The translations under genes were made by a program, and so were the position numbers. From an uncultured Candidatus Saccharibacteria bacterium (GTDB lineage: Bacteria; Patescibacteriota; UBA1384; UBA12157; JAENIV01): a stretch of 59,804 nucleotides of DNA. Position 1 is the first letter of the stretch. Every line of letters starts with the position of its first letter. The notes under the pieces were generated by a model. It searched no databases. It worked only from the letters and a program-made list of their open reading frames with translations, and was not told the DNA's origin. Shown here piece by piece: positions 45,641 to 54,049 of this stretch. The stretch is taken from assembly GCA_964479405.1 (NCBI GenBank), contig CAYZMA010000001.1, positions 1 to 59,804 on the forward strand, written 5' to 3'.

Positions 45641-46273
45641 TTAAATAAACAAAAGCATATTCAATAATGCCGGTTTATTGGTTAAAATGTTGAAAAAGTT
45701 AATAATGACTTTAGCTTCAATTAGTGGAATTAGACCGGTAAAAAAGACAACAAAAAGTAAAATAAACATTCCAAATTGTTGCAAAAACATAAATGTTTGC
45801 TCGGAAACAAATAAAGCCAAAATTTTAGAGCCGTCAAGCGGGGGAATTGGCAGGAAATTAAAAATCATTAAAATTAGGTTGAAGAAGACCAAAGCCGTCA
45901 CAAATAATCCGATCGGGTCGGGAAGAGGTAAAAATCTAAGAATCAGACCAAATACAATCGCCAATAGTAAATTACTCATCGGTCCTGCTAAGGAAACAGT
46001 CAAATTATCCAATTTCGGATTTTTAAAGTTACTGGAATTAACCATTACCGGTTTTCCCCAACCAAAACCAACCAAAACTAAGAAAATAGAACCATATAAA
46101 TCTAAGTGAGCCAAGGGATTAAGCGAAACCCTGCCCATTAATTTAGCTGTCGGATCGCCGTATAAATTAGCCACCCAAGCATGAGTAAATTCATGGAAAG
46201 TGATTGCCACTAACAATGCCAGAATTATTGCGACAAAATGTAATGGTGATTGGAAAAGAAGTAAAATAATCAT
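45641..46273 (-). CDS. Site-2 protease family (peptidase M50) membrane metalloprotease
   Basis: HEFTHAWVANLYGDPTAK..GR.SLNPLAHLD and a later PIPPLDGSK motif. Confidence 0.8.
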   Translation of the reverse strand: MIILLLFQSPLHFVAIILALLVAITFHEFTHAWVANLYGDPTAKLMGRVSLNPLAHLDLYGSIFLVLVGFGWGKPVMVNSSNFKNPKLDNLTVSLAGPMSNLLLAIVFGLILRFLPLPDPIGLFVTALVFFNLILMIFNFLPIPPLDGSKILALFVSEQTFMFLQQFGMFILLFVVFFTGLIPLIEAKVIINFFNILTNKPALLNMLLFI

Positions 46274-46346
46274 AATTTTATTGATTTAATTTCTTTTATA
46301 TGATAACATAAAACTTGAATCTTTTAAAGTCAAGAATAGGAGCAAA

Positions 46347-46502
46347 ATGAATATTTGTCAAATATGCGGTAAAAAACCAACCAGTGGTTTTAATAAACCT
46401 CACTCACTCCACAGAACCAAGAGAGTTGTCAAACCTAATTTACAAAAAAGCGAAGGCAAAATTATTTGCACTCGATGCATCAGGTCTAAACATAAGGTCT
46501 AA
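46347..46502 (+). CDS. rpmB: 50S ribosomal protein L28 (51 aa; below the ORF-track cutoff)
   Basis: Hand translation gives MNICQICGKKPTSGFNKPHSLHRTKRVVKPNLQKSEGKIICTRCIRSKHKV. It carries the L28 signature C..CGK....G...SHS...TKR...PNLQ. Confidence 0.85.
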   Translation: MNICQICGKKPTSGFNKPHSLHRTKRVVKPNLQKSEGKIICTRCIRSKHKV

Positions 46503-46519
46503 GTATAAGCGTTAATTAC

Positions 46520-46554
46520 AAAAAGAGAGCTTCCAAGGAAGCTTATCTCTTTTT
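46520..46554. terminator. Bidirectional intrinsic terminator between convergent genes
   Basis: AGAGAGCTTCC / GGAAGCT..TCTCT hairpin flanked by A4 upstream and T4 downstream. Confidence 0.6.
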
Positions 46555-46580
46555 GTAATAATTAATAATTAACTATTAAT

Positions 46581-46883
46581 TTACGATTCAATATTGTCTG
46601 AATCGTTACCTGCAGTTTTTGACTTTGCGAAGCAATCAGCACAAAGGACATCGTTAGCATTTCTTGGTTCAAACGGTACCTGTCCTTCTTTTCCACAGCT
46701 TTTACAAATGATTGAATACATTTGTCGGTTAGCTTTTTTGTCTTTCTGATTCTTACGACAATCAGGGCAACGCCCTGGAGGATTTTGGAGGCCTTTATCC
46801 TGATAGAATTTTTGTTCACCAGCTGACCAAACAAATTCCTTAGAGCAATCCTTGCAAGTCATGTTTTTGTCTTGAAAATCCAT
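46581..46883 (-). CDS. Zinc-ribbon protein (zf-trcl-like, two CxxC pairs per module)
   Basis: CKDCSKEFVWSAGEQKFYQDKGLQNPPGRCPDCR and CKSCGKE...CADCF. Confidence 0.7.
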   Translation of the reverse strand: MDFQDKNMTCKDCSKEFVWSAGEQKFYQDKGLQNPPGRCPDCRKNQKDKKANRQMYSIICKSCGKEGQVPFEPRNANDVLCADCFAKSKTAGNDSDNIES

Positions 46884-47001
46884 TTAATTTAATTTTTCCA
46901 TTAGTTAGATTGTTAGCTCGACCCATGCAATTATTATGCATACCACATACATCATATAAGAAAAACTTTCGTTTGTCAAGACTCTGTGGTAGTTTTAGAG
47001 T

Positions 47002-47670
47002 ATGGATTCATCTGAAGATAAATTTTCTAATCTCATCAAATCTCAAACAAAAACGGATGATTTGGGCCACGCCTATATAGTTTTTGGTGATTTGGACTTG
47101 ACGGTATTTCTTGAAACTTACGAAATAAAAACTCCCGATGTTTTAAAGTTAGATGAAAATCCTATTAAAATTGATCATGTTCGCGCTCTGATATCTTGGA
47201 TGTATTTAAAACCCCATAGTTCGGCTTTAAAATTGGCGGTTTTATCCGGCGTGGAAAATATGACCACCCAAGCGGCAAATTCGCTCCTGAAAATTTTGGA
47301 AGAACCGCCAACTTACGCGGTTTTAATTTTGCAAAGCGCCAGAAAAGAAAAAATTTTGCCCACGATTCTTTCTCGTTGTCAGGTTATTCGTCAAGTAAAT
47401 AATCAAAATAAAACAACTCCTTCAAATTTCCTTGAAAGCAGTAAAATTGCTCAACTTTCAATTAAAGAGCGTTTTGACTATGTGGCAAAAATCATCACTG
47501 ATGAAAATTTAGGCGAAATTATTAATCTTTGGGAAGAAGAAATTCGCTCCCAGCTTCTTTCCGGCGAAGATACGAGAGAGAAATTAAAAAGTATTATTAA
47601 GACCAGACATTTACTTTTTACCAATACTTCTGTAAAATTACTATTAGAAAATCTATTATTAGAAATGTAG
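47002..47670 (+). CDS. holB: DNA polymerase III subunit delta' (short form)
   Basis: HAYIVFG, ANSLLKILEEPP and ILPTILSRCQ motifs. Confidence 0.75.
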   Translation: MDSSEDKFSNLIKSQTKTDDLGHAYIVFGDLDLTVFLETYEIKTPDVLKLDENPIKIDHVRALISWMYLKPHSSALKLAVLSGVENMTTQAANSLLKILEEPPTYAVLILQSARKEKILPTILSRCQVIRQVNNQNKTTPSNFLESSKIAQLSIKERFDYVAKIITDENLGEIINLWEEEIRSQLLSGEDTREKLKSIIKTRHLLFTNTSVKLLLENLLLEM

Positions 47671-47671
47671 A

Positions 47672-48328
47672 ATGAAAAAAATAAATTTACGAATTAATTC
47701 AACCGGAAAAATATATTCCTACGAGGCTCAAGATATTAAGCCAAACGAGGCGGTTTTAGTTGAAACCGATCAAATTGTTGAAGAGGCAAGAGTATTAGAT
47801 AAACCCAGTTCCACTGCCGAGGCGGAGGAGGGGACTGGTAAAATTTTAAGAACCATTAATGCTGAAGATCGTCGTTGGTGTTGCACTCTTAAAAATCAAG
47901 CTCGCGAATATGTTGCTGAAGCGCAAAAGAAAGTCATCCGTCATGGTCTGGACATGAAAATTTTAGACGCTGATCTTTCTTTTGATCAAAAGAAATTAAC
48001 CTTTTATTTTAGCGCCAAGGGTCGGGTGGATTTTCGGGGACTTGTCTTAGACATGGCAAAAACTTTTTATAAACTTATACGCCTTCAGCAAGTAAGTAGT
48101 CGCGATGAAGCAAAATATTTTGGCGGCATTGGCAAATGTGGCCGGGAGCTTTGTTGTAGTAAGTTTTTACAAGATACGGAGGCAATTGCAACAGAAATAG
48201 CTCAATCTCCAGAATTAACAACAGGCAATATGAACAAATCAACTGGTTGTTGTGGCAAACCAATGTGCTGTCTTTCGTTTGAGGAAGGAAAAAGCGCCTG
48301 TCCTAAACGAGTTGAAAGGAAAAAATGA
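47672..48328 (+). CDS. ricT: PSP1-domain protein (RicT/YaaT-like)
   Basis: LTFYFSAKGRVDFRGLVLDMAK.....IRLQQV..RDEAK..GG.G.CGRELCC. Canonical position after holB. Confidence 0.8.
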   Translation: MKKINLRINSTGKIYSYEAQDIKPNEAVLVETDQIVEEARVLDKPSSTAEAEEGTGKILRTINAEDRRWCCTLKNQAREYVAEAQKKVIRHGLDMKILDADLSFDQKKLTFYFSAKGRVDFRGLVLDMAKTFYKLIRLQQVSSRDEAKYFGGIGKCGRELCCSKFLQDTEAIATEIAQSPELTTGNMNKSTGCCGKPMCCLSFEEGKSACPKRVERKK

Positions 48329-48828
48329 TTTGGAATTTATTAATTATTGCCGCCGTGGTGGTAGTTTTGGTCATTATTGCTCGCCGACTACCTGATGCCA
48401 GAAAAATTAAAAAAAAAGTTAGCAATACAACCGATGAAGAAATCAGTCTTTACGGTTTAATTGCGCAGGCAGATGACGCTTTTGAGTCAAAAAAATATGA
48501 AAAAGCAGAAAACTTATATATTAAAGCCGCCGCCTCTTCGCCGGACAATGCTAAAATCTATTCGCGACTGGGGGCAATTTATCTGGAACAAAAGAATTTT
48601 TACGATGCCAAAGACGCCTTTTCGCAAGCGGCCAAACTGGAGCCGGATTTAGCTTCCCGCTATATCAATTTAGGTTTGGCATATATGGGTCTTAAAGATT
48701 ATTTTAAAGCAACAGAATCATTTAAAAAAGCTTTAAATATTGACAGTAAAAATAGCAAGTACAAAAAACTTTTAGATCGGTCCTCAAAATTATACGAAAA
48801 AGAAAAAGGTAAAAGTACCCCAAAATAG
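48325..48828 (+). CDS. TPR-repeat protein with an N-terminal TM anchor
   Basis: Three or more TPR-like 34-mers (AENLYIKAA..., AKDAFSQAAKLEP..., ATESFKKALNID...). Confidence 0.7.
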   Translation: MIWNLLIIAAVVVVLVIIARRLPDARKIKKKVSNTTDEEISLYGLIAQADDAFESKKYEKAENLYIKAAASSPDNAKIYSRLGAIYLEQKNFYDAKDAFSQAAKLEPDLASRYINLGLAYMGLKDYFKATESFKKALNIDSKNSKYKKLLDRSSKLYEKEKGKSTPK

Positions 48829-48867
48829 GGTTGAGAAATTTTAAAAAAGATGATAAGATTAATTTAT

Positions 48868-48955
48868 GCCGGGATACGGGAAGTGGACAAACCCAGCGGT
48901 CTGTAAAACCGACGTCTTTAAGGCTTCGTAGGTTCGAATCCTACTCCCGGCACCA
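48868..48955 (+). tRNA. tRNA-Tyr (anticodon GTA), long variable arm, CCA encoded
   Basis: Acceptor GCCGGGA/TCCCGGC, anticodon loop CTGTAAA, variable arm CGTC..CTTCG, T-arm GTAGG-TTCGAAT-CCTAC. Confidence 0.85.
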
Positions 48956-48963
48956 CTTTTAGT

Positions 48964-49028
48964 GCCCAGGTAGCTCTCCGACGTTACCAGTCGGAGCTCC
49001 GACAGAATCGTCGGAGCAGTGGTTGTAT
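48964..49028 (+). pseudogene. Truncated duplicate of the tRNA-Thr 5' end (nt 1-19), split by two tandem CTCCGAC/GTCGGAG hairpins
   Basis: GCCCAGGTAGCTC (48964-76) and AGTGGT (49018-23) equal positions 1-13 and 14-19 of the downstream tRNA-Thr. Between them lie hairpins at 48976-96 and 48997-49016. Confidence 0.6.
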
Positions 49029-49103
49029 GCCCAGGTAGCTCAGTGGTAGAGCAATTCCATGGTAAGGAATAGGCCGTCGGTTCAAATCCGATCCTGGGCT
49101 CCA
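49029..49103 (+). tRNA. tRNA-Thr (anticodon GGT), CCA encoded
   Basis: Acceptor GCCCAGG/CCTGGGC, D-arm GCTC-AGTGGTA-GAGC, anticodon arm ATTCC-ATGGTAA-GGAAT, T-arm GTCGG-TTCAAAT-CCGAT. Confidence 0.9.
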
Positions 49104-49112
49104 GTGAGTTTT

Positions 49113-49186
49113 GCCCCCATAGCTTAGTGGCAGAGCAGTAGTTTTGTAAACTATAGACGCTGGTTCGATTCCTGCTGGGGGCTCCA
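49113..49186 (+). tRNA. tRNA-Thr (anticodon TGT), CCA encoded
   Basis: Acceptor GCCCCCA/TGGGGGC, anticodon arm GTAGT-TTTGTAA-ACTAT, T-loop TTCGATT. One U-U mismatch in the T-stem. Confidence 0.8.
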
Positions 49187-49202
49187 AAATAGAAAGGACA
49201 AA

Positions 49203-49382
49203 ATGGCCAAGACAAAATCAATTTTATTCCAATTAGAATGTACCGAGTGTAAAGAAAGAAATTACACTACTTCTAAAAATCCTCAAGAAAACAAAGAAAA
49301 AATGCAACTTTCCAAGTATTGCAAAGGTTGTCGCAAGCACACTGCTCACAAAGAAGTGAAAATTTCCAAAGCCAAGAAATAA
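49203..49382 (+). CDS. rpmG: 50S ribosomal protein L33 (59 aa; below the ORF-track cutoff)
   Basis: Hand translation gives MAKTKSILFQLECTECKERNYTTSKNPQENKEKMQLSKYCKGCRKHTAHKEVKISKAKK. It has the L33 CxxC...CxxC pattern. Confidence 0.9.
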   Translation: MAKTKSILFQLECTECKERNYTTSKNPQENKEKMQLSKYCKGCRKHTAHKEVKISKAKK

Positions 49383-49495
49383 TATTATAAATCCAAAATC
49401 CAAATATCAAATAACAAATGAAAATTTAAATGTCAAAATTAAAATGATAAAATTATTTAGACATTAGAAATTTGGATTTAGAAATTGGTTGTGAT

Positions 49496-49569
49496 GGGCC
49501 CTTAGTTAAGTGGCATAATAGCGGTCTCCAAAACCGCGGTCAGAGGTTCAACTCCTCTAGGGCCTGCCA
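49496..49569 (+). tRNA. tRNA-Trp (anticodon CCA), CCA encoded
   Basis: Acceptor GGGCCCT/AGGGCCT, anticodon arm GCGGT-CTCCAAA-ACCGC, T-arm AGAGG-TTCAACT-CCTCT. Confidence 0.9.
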
Positions 49570-49644
49570 AGATTAATGAATAATTAGGGTATAATACCCC
49601 GCAACGGCGGGGCAATTCCTACAGCTCCTGCCAAACCTGTTAAA

Positions 49645-49673
49645 TTGAATACATATCAATTTTGGAGTATAAT
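49645..49673 (+). promoter_or_regulatory. Consensus-like promoter implying a leaderless hicB-like mRNA
   Basis: TTGAAT, 17 nt, TATAAT. The -10 element ends 8 nt before ATG 49682 and there is no SD site. Confidence 0.55.
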
Positions 49674-49681
49674 ACAATCAA

Positions 49682-50020
49682 ATGAGAAATAGTTACAAAA
49701 AAGGTAATATTACTGTGTTTGTGTATCCAGAAAATAGCAAATTTATTGGTGTCTGTTTGGAGTTAGATATTGTCGAAGAGGGTAATAATTTAGAACAAGT
49801 AAAAAACATTCTTTCTGATGCAGTGAAAACTCATGTCGAGATAGTTATCAAAAATAAATTATCAAAAAATCTTCTTAATAGACCAGCACCAAAAGAATAC
49901 TGGGATAGATTTTTTAGTTATCTTGCAACCATTAAGCAAATGAAAAAGAATGTTATGCAACAGGAAGTTCAACCAACTTTAGTTTCTACTATACCTTTTG
50001 GATCATTAACCCCTTGTTAA
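49682..50020 (+). CDS. HicB-like antitoxin (UPF0150 fold), tentative
   Basis: ITVFVYPENSKFIGVCLELDIVEEGNNLEQVKNILSDAVKTHVE fits the HicB N-domain pattern. Paired with a HicA-like ORF. Confidence 0.5.
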   Translation: MRNSYKKGNITVFVYPENSKFIGVCLELDIVEEGNNLEQVKNILSDAVKTHVEIVIKNKLSKNLLNRPAPKEYWDRFFSYLATIKQMKKNVMQQEVQPTLVSTIPFGSLTPC

Positions 50021-50032
50021 AGATTTTATTTG

Positions 50033-50281
50033 ATGAGTAAAAAGTTACTTCCACATAAAAATAAAGAAATTGTTGCTAAATTAAAAAAGAATGGCTTTTT
50101 GCTTAAAATGGGTGCTAAAAATTGTAAGCACTTTTTTTGTTGGAAAAAGGACAAAAATGGTCAGGAATGGTCGGCTCTTGTTTCCAAAAATCCTTCTGCT
50201 TTAATGCCCAATGGAACGCTTGGAAATATTATAAGAACATCTGGTAAACCGAAGGAAGAATTTTGCAGAAGAAAAATTTGA
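50033..50281 (+). CDS. HicA-like mRNA interferase toxin, tentative
   Basis: KEIVAKLKKNGF....G..H.........V......MPNGTLGNIIRTSG...EEF pattern. Confidence 0.5.
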   Translation: MSKKLLPHKNKEIVAKLKKNGFLLKMGAKNCKHFFCWKKDKNGQEWSALVSKNPSALMPNGTLGNIIRTSGKPKEEFCRRKI

Positions 50282-50455
50282 AAGGAAATTACTCTTATTC
50301 TTTATAATTTTAACTACAATAATACTTATGGTAACAGATAAACTGACTTTATTAATGTAGCCGTGATTACATATTTTAGTACAACTTCAAAATTCTGATA
50401 TACTTTAAAATAGACAGGAAATAGGTTCTAACAACCTTCACGGTGTCCTGCCAAA

Positions 50456-50483
50456 TTGACAAAAAAACCATTATTGATATATT
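50456..50483 (+). promoter_or_regulatory. Sigma70-like promoter
   Basis: TTGACA, 16 nt, TATATT. It lies upstream of ATG 50500, which argues against the GTG 50443 start. Confidence 0.45.
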
Positions 50484-50499
50484 AAAAACAGGTAAAAAA

Positions 50500-50769
50500 A
50501 TGACTTTAGATAAAAATGATTTAAAACAAATTAGAGAAATTGTTCGCGAAGAAGTAAGAGAGGTTGTTCGTGAAGAAGTTCATGATCAAATAATTACTGA
50601 AGTTCCTCCAATTATTGAAGCAAAGATTTTACCGCTAAAACAAAAAATTGATCAAATTTGGGACAGTCTAAATGAAGATTTGATCAGTAATTTGACGATG
50701 ATTGAAAAGTTATCAAAGAAAGTTAAAGAAATGGATTCAAGAATTAAAAAACTAGAACTATCTAAATAA
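50500..50769 (+). CDS. Small coiled-coil hypothetical protein
   Basis: MTLDKNDLKQIREIVREEVREVVREEV... with heptad repeats. No family recognised. Confidence 0.45.
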   Translation: MTLDKNDLKQIREIVREEVREVVREEVHDQIITEVPPIIEAKILPLKQKIDQIWDSLNEDLISNLTMIEKLSKKVKEMDSRIKKLELSK

Positions 50770-50827
50770 AAAACACTTGACAATCAAAAATACTTTCTGC
50801 ATAATTAATACAGAGTATTAATTTTAT

Positions 50828-51067
50828 ATGGAGGTAAAAATGTCCAGAACTACAGAGGTGTTAAGTATTTCACTTTCACCAAAAGAATTTAATCTAATTT
50901 CAAAGTTAGCTCAAAAAGAAGGCAGGTCTCGAAGTCAATTAATTAGGGAAGCTCTGCGGCAATATCAAATCAGTTGTGATTGGCATTATCTTCAAGGAAT
51001 AGGCGAGCGGGTCGCGATCCGTTTAGGAATTGAAACGGAGGAAGATGTTGAAAGAATTGCCGGCTAA
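50828..51067 (+). CDS. Ribbon-helix-helix (CopG-like) antitoxin
   Basis: LSISLSPKEFNLISKLAQKEGRSRSQLIREALRQY. Overlaps the downstream PIN gene. Confidence 0.7.
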   Translation: MEVKMSRTTEVLSISLSPKEFNLISKLAQKEGRSRSQLIREALRQYQISCDWHYLQGIGERVAIRLGIETEEDVERIAG

Positions 51068-51488
51068 AAATGTTCTCAAAATTGTTTTTGACACCAATAT
51101 CTACATTTCAGCTTTTTTAAAAAGTGGTTTTTCTAGAGAACTTTTCAATTTAGCCATTGAAAAGAAAATTGAATTATTTAGTTCTGCCGATATTCTTTTA
51201 GAACTAGAAAATAAACTGCAAAAGAAATTTAAAGTTAAAGATAGTGATATTCAAGTTTTTACATCCACAATTTCTCAAGTTGCCAAGATTGTCAAATCAG
51301 AAGAAAAATTAAAAATTATCAAAACTGATCCAAAAGATAATATTATTTTAGAATGCGCAGTTGCATCCGGGGCGTATTTGATTATTACTTTTGATAACCA
51401 TCTTCTGAAATTAAAAAAATATCAAAAAATCGGAATTATTCATCCAAAAACTCTTCGTTGGATTATTCCGGGTATATTGGAAAAATGA
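51045..51488 (+). CDS. PIN-domain toxin (TIGR00305-like putative ribonuclease)
   Basis: IVFDTNIYISAF, D.ILECAVASGA.LIITFD.HLL. Confidence 0.7.
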   Translation: MLKELPAKNVLKIVFDTNIYISAFLKSGFSRELFNLAIEKKIELFSSADILLELENKLQKKFKVKDSDIQVFTSTISQVAKIVKSEEKLKIIKTDPKDNIILECAVASGAYLIITFDNHLLKLKKYQKIGIIHPKTLRWIIPGILEK

Positions 51489-51681
51489 TAAATTAATTTT
51501 ATACTGGTCTCAACTTTGGTTTTTTGATATAATTAATCTAAATAAACAGAAAGTTTAAATGATCGGGCTTTTAGCAAAAATTATTCCTTTGGATTTTGCC
51601 TCAACTTTAAATTGACACCGCTACTATTATTAATATATATTATAATAGGATTGCAATAACTAGTTTATATTAATTATTTAA

Positions 51682-51768
51682 TGTCATCCTGAACCGTCAG
51701 GTGAAGGATCTGTCGCGAATGCGACATCCGACATTCGTCGGAGATTCCTCACTGCGTTCGGAATGACA
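51682..51768. repeat. Composite palindromic element (TGTCATCC...GGAATGACA arms enclosing two mini-hairpins)
   Basis: Arms TGTCATCCTGAAC..GTGAAGGATCT and AGATTCCTCAC..GTTCGGAATGACA. Inner hairpins GTCGC-GAAT-GCGAC and TCCGAC-ATTC-GTCGGA. Confidence 0.7.
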
Positions 51769-51849
51769 ATCTTAAAAATTAGATATTGTTTCGGATTTAG
51801 AACTTAGAATTTCGGATTTCCCCGCCTACGGCGGGATAGGGAGGGAGTT

Positions 51850-54024
51850 TTGGCAGTAGCCGTTAAAAAACAACTAATTGATGTTCTGCTTCAGCAAGGA
51901 AAGATAAAAAACGAAACCGCTCAAAGTTTTCGTCATCTTTCCAATTTTGAGGTAGAAAATAAATTAATAACCGAAAATATGCTGGAGCCAACCGATATTG
52001 CTCGCGCTTATGCCGGACTTTACAATTTACCTTTTGTTAGTTTAGCTAATCGTCAAATTTCCAAAGAAACTTTAGAGTTAATTCCCGAAGGTCTTACTCG
52101 GCAGTACAATATTATTGCTTACGAGATTCAAAAAGAGCCGGTAAAAACTGTCCGGATTGCCATTGCCAAGCCAGCCAAATTAGCTGGTAATTTACAAGAG
52201 ACAATCGCCACCTTAGAAAAAGGAAAAGGTTTCAAAATTGAATTAGCAATCACAACACTGGCCGATTTTTTGACGGCTGTTTCTCAATATCAGGCATCAA
52301 CTCCTCCAGTTGAAAAAGTTAATTTTAAAACTTTAAATTTAGATCAAATCACTATTCCTTATGAAGTTATAACCAAATTTCCGGAAAATATTGCTTTAAA
52401 ATATCAAATGGTTGTCTTTTCAGCACCTCATTCGTCTTTTATCAAAGTAGCTGTTGCTGATCCAGATAGCAAAAAAGTCCGTGAAATTTTAGATTTTGTC
52501 AAAACTAAAAACAATATTGCCATTGAAGAATATCGGGTTACACCGGCAGAAATTGAGCGGGCAATCCGTTTTTATCATCCGGAAAAATTACCTCCAAAAC
52601 CGGTAACTGTTTCACCACCTCCACCTCCCCAGAAACAAGAAGAGCATAAAGTGGAAGAAAAGAAAGAAGAAAAGAAAGAAGAGCCAACGGCTCCTCTGCC
52701 ACCAGAAAAAGAAAAAGAAAAAGAAAAAGTGACTGAAGCGGTGCCGGAAATTAGTGGATCAATGAGCGCTCAACTGGTTATACCGGTTGAAAATGATCTG
52801 GACAAATTTGTCGGCAAACCAATTAAAGAAGTTTCCGACTTGCAAGCAGTGGTGGAAACCGGCAATGTCCCCAAAATTGTCGCCGCCTCGGTTATTTTAG
52901 CTGTCTCTAAAAAAGCTTCCGACATTCACATTGAAGCGGCTGAAAAAAATGTTAGAATTCGTTTTCGGGTTGATGGCCTTTTAAAAGATATTGTCAGACT
53001 GCCTCTGGAAGTCCAACCGGCAGTTGTTTCTCGGGTTAAAATTTTATCTAAATTAAAAATTGACGAAAGTCGTATTCCCCAAGACGGTCGGTTTGATTGT
53101 ATTGCCATGGGCCATGCGGTGGACCTTCGTATTTCCACTTTGCCCACTGTTCACGGCGAAAAAATTGCTATGCGGCTTTTGGACAAATCAGCCCATCTTT
53201 ATACTTTGGAAGAATTAGGTCTGGTGGACCGAAATTTAAAAGTTCTGTTAGAAAATATGAACAAACCTTATGGATTAATTCTTTCAACCGGGCCAACCGG
53301 TTCTGGTAAAACTACTACTTTATATGCAGTTTTAACTAGAATTTCCAATGCTTCAGTCAATATTGTTACTTTGGAGGATCCGGTTGAATACGAAATGGCG
53401 GGTGTTAACCAATGCCAAATTCGGCCAAAAATTGGTTTTACTTTTGCCAATGGTCTTCGGTCAATTCTACGTCAAGACCCTAATATTATTATGGTAGGGG
53501 AGATTCGAGACTCAGAAACTGCTTCCTTAGCCACTCAAGCCGCTTTAACTGGTCATTTGGTCCTTTCAACTCTCCACACCAACGATGCTTCCGGCACTTT
53601 GCCCAGATTGGCTGATATGGGGGTTGAACCATTTTTTATTACTTCGCTTATCAATGCCATTATTGGTCAAAGATTGGTCAGAAAACTTTGTCCCAAATGT
53701 AAAAGGCAAGCCCATATTCCGGCGCCGATTGCTAAAGAAATTGAAGCCGAGCTTGAAAAGTTTAATTTACCCAAACCTTATCAATTTTTTGAAGGCGCGG
53801 GTTGCGATGAGTGCGAATTGGGTTATAAGGGCAGAATTGGTATTTTTGAAGTTTTGACTATGTCGCATGAGCTTGAAAATTTAATTTTAGAGCGAAAACC
53901 GGCATCAGATATTAAAAGAGCGGCAATTAAAGAGGGGATGATCACCATGAAACAAGATGGTTTAGTAAAGGCTTTAAAGGGTTTAACTACTGTTAATGAA
54001 GTGATGAGAGTGATAACGGTATAA
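51850..54024 (+). CDS. pilB: Type IV pilus assembly ATPase PilB (GspE family) with N-terminal MshEN-like domains and a low-complexity linker
   Basis: Walker A GPTGSGKTTT, IMVGEIRD, GHLVLSTLHTN, and the CPKC...CDEC zinc site. Confidence 0.9.
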   Translation: MAVAVKKQLIDVLLQQGKIKNETAQSFRHLSNFEVENKLITENMLEPTDIARAYAGLYNLPFVSLANRQISKETLELIPEGLTRQYNIIAYEIQKEPVKTVRIAIAKPAKLAGNLQETIATLEKGKGFKIELAITTLADFLTAVSQYQASTPPVEKVNFKTLNLDQITIPYEVITKFPENIALKYQMVVFSAPHSSFIKVAVADPDSKKVREILDFVKTKNNIAIEEYRVTPAEIERAIRFYHPEKLPPKPVTVSPPPPPQKQEEHKVEEKKEEKKEEPTAPLPPEKEKEKEKVTEAVPEISGSMSAQLVIPVENDLDKFVGKPIKEVSDLQAVVETGNVPKIVAASVILAVSKKASDIHIEAAEKNVRIRFRVDGLLKDIVRLPLEVQPAVVSRVKILSKLKIDESRIPQDGRFDCIAMGHAVDLRISTLPTVHGEKIAMRLLDKSAHLYTLEELGLVDRNLKVLLENMNKPYGLILSTGPTGSGKTTTLYAVLTRISNASVNIVTLEDPVEYEMAGVNQCQIRPKIGFTFANGLRSILRQDPNIIMVGEIRDSETASLATQAALTGHLVLSTLHTNDASGTLPRLADMGVEPFFITSLINAIIGQRLVRKLCPKCKRQAHIPAPIAKEIEAELEKFNLPKPYQFFEGAGCDECELGYKGRIGIFEVLTMSHELENLILERKPASDIKRAAIKEGMITMKQDGLVKALKGLTTVNEVMRVITV

Positions 54025-54049
54025 AATAATGCAAAATTAAGGAGGTATT

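Noticed and set aside
45678-46109. 143-aa plus-strand ORF.
   Set aside because: It is antisense to the M50 protease gene. The Lys-rich translation is typical of AT-rich antisense frames.
48859-49221. Minus-strand ORFs of 120 aa and 67 aa.
   Set aside because: They run antisense through three tRNA genes (Tyr, Thr, Thr). This is the classic spurious ORF pattern across a tRNA cluster.
49561-50462. Repeated TCCTGCCAAA (49626, 50446) resembling the CCTGCCA 3' end of tRNA-Trp (49563-49569), considered as att-like repeats of an integrated cassette.
   Set aside because: Only 8-10 nt are shared. In both downstream cases the string simply precedes a -35 element (AAATTGAAT, AAATTGACA). That is too short to support an integration-site claim without comparative data.
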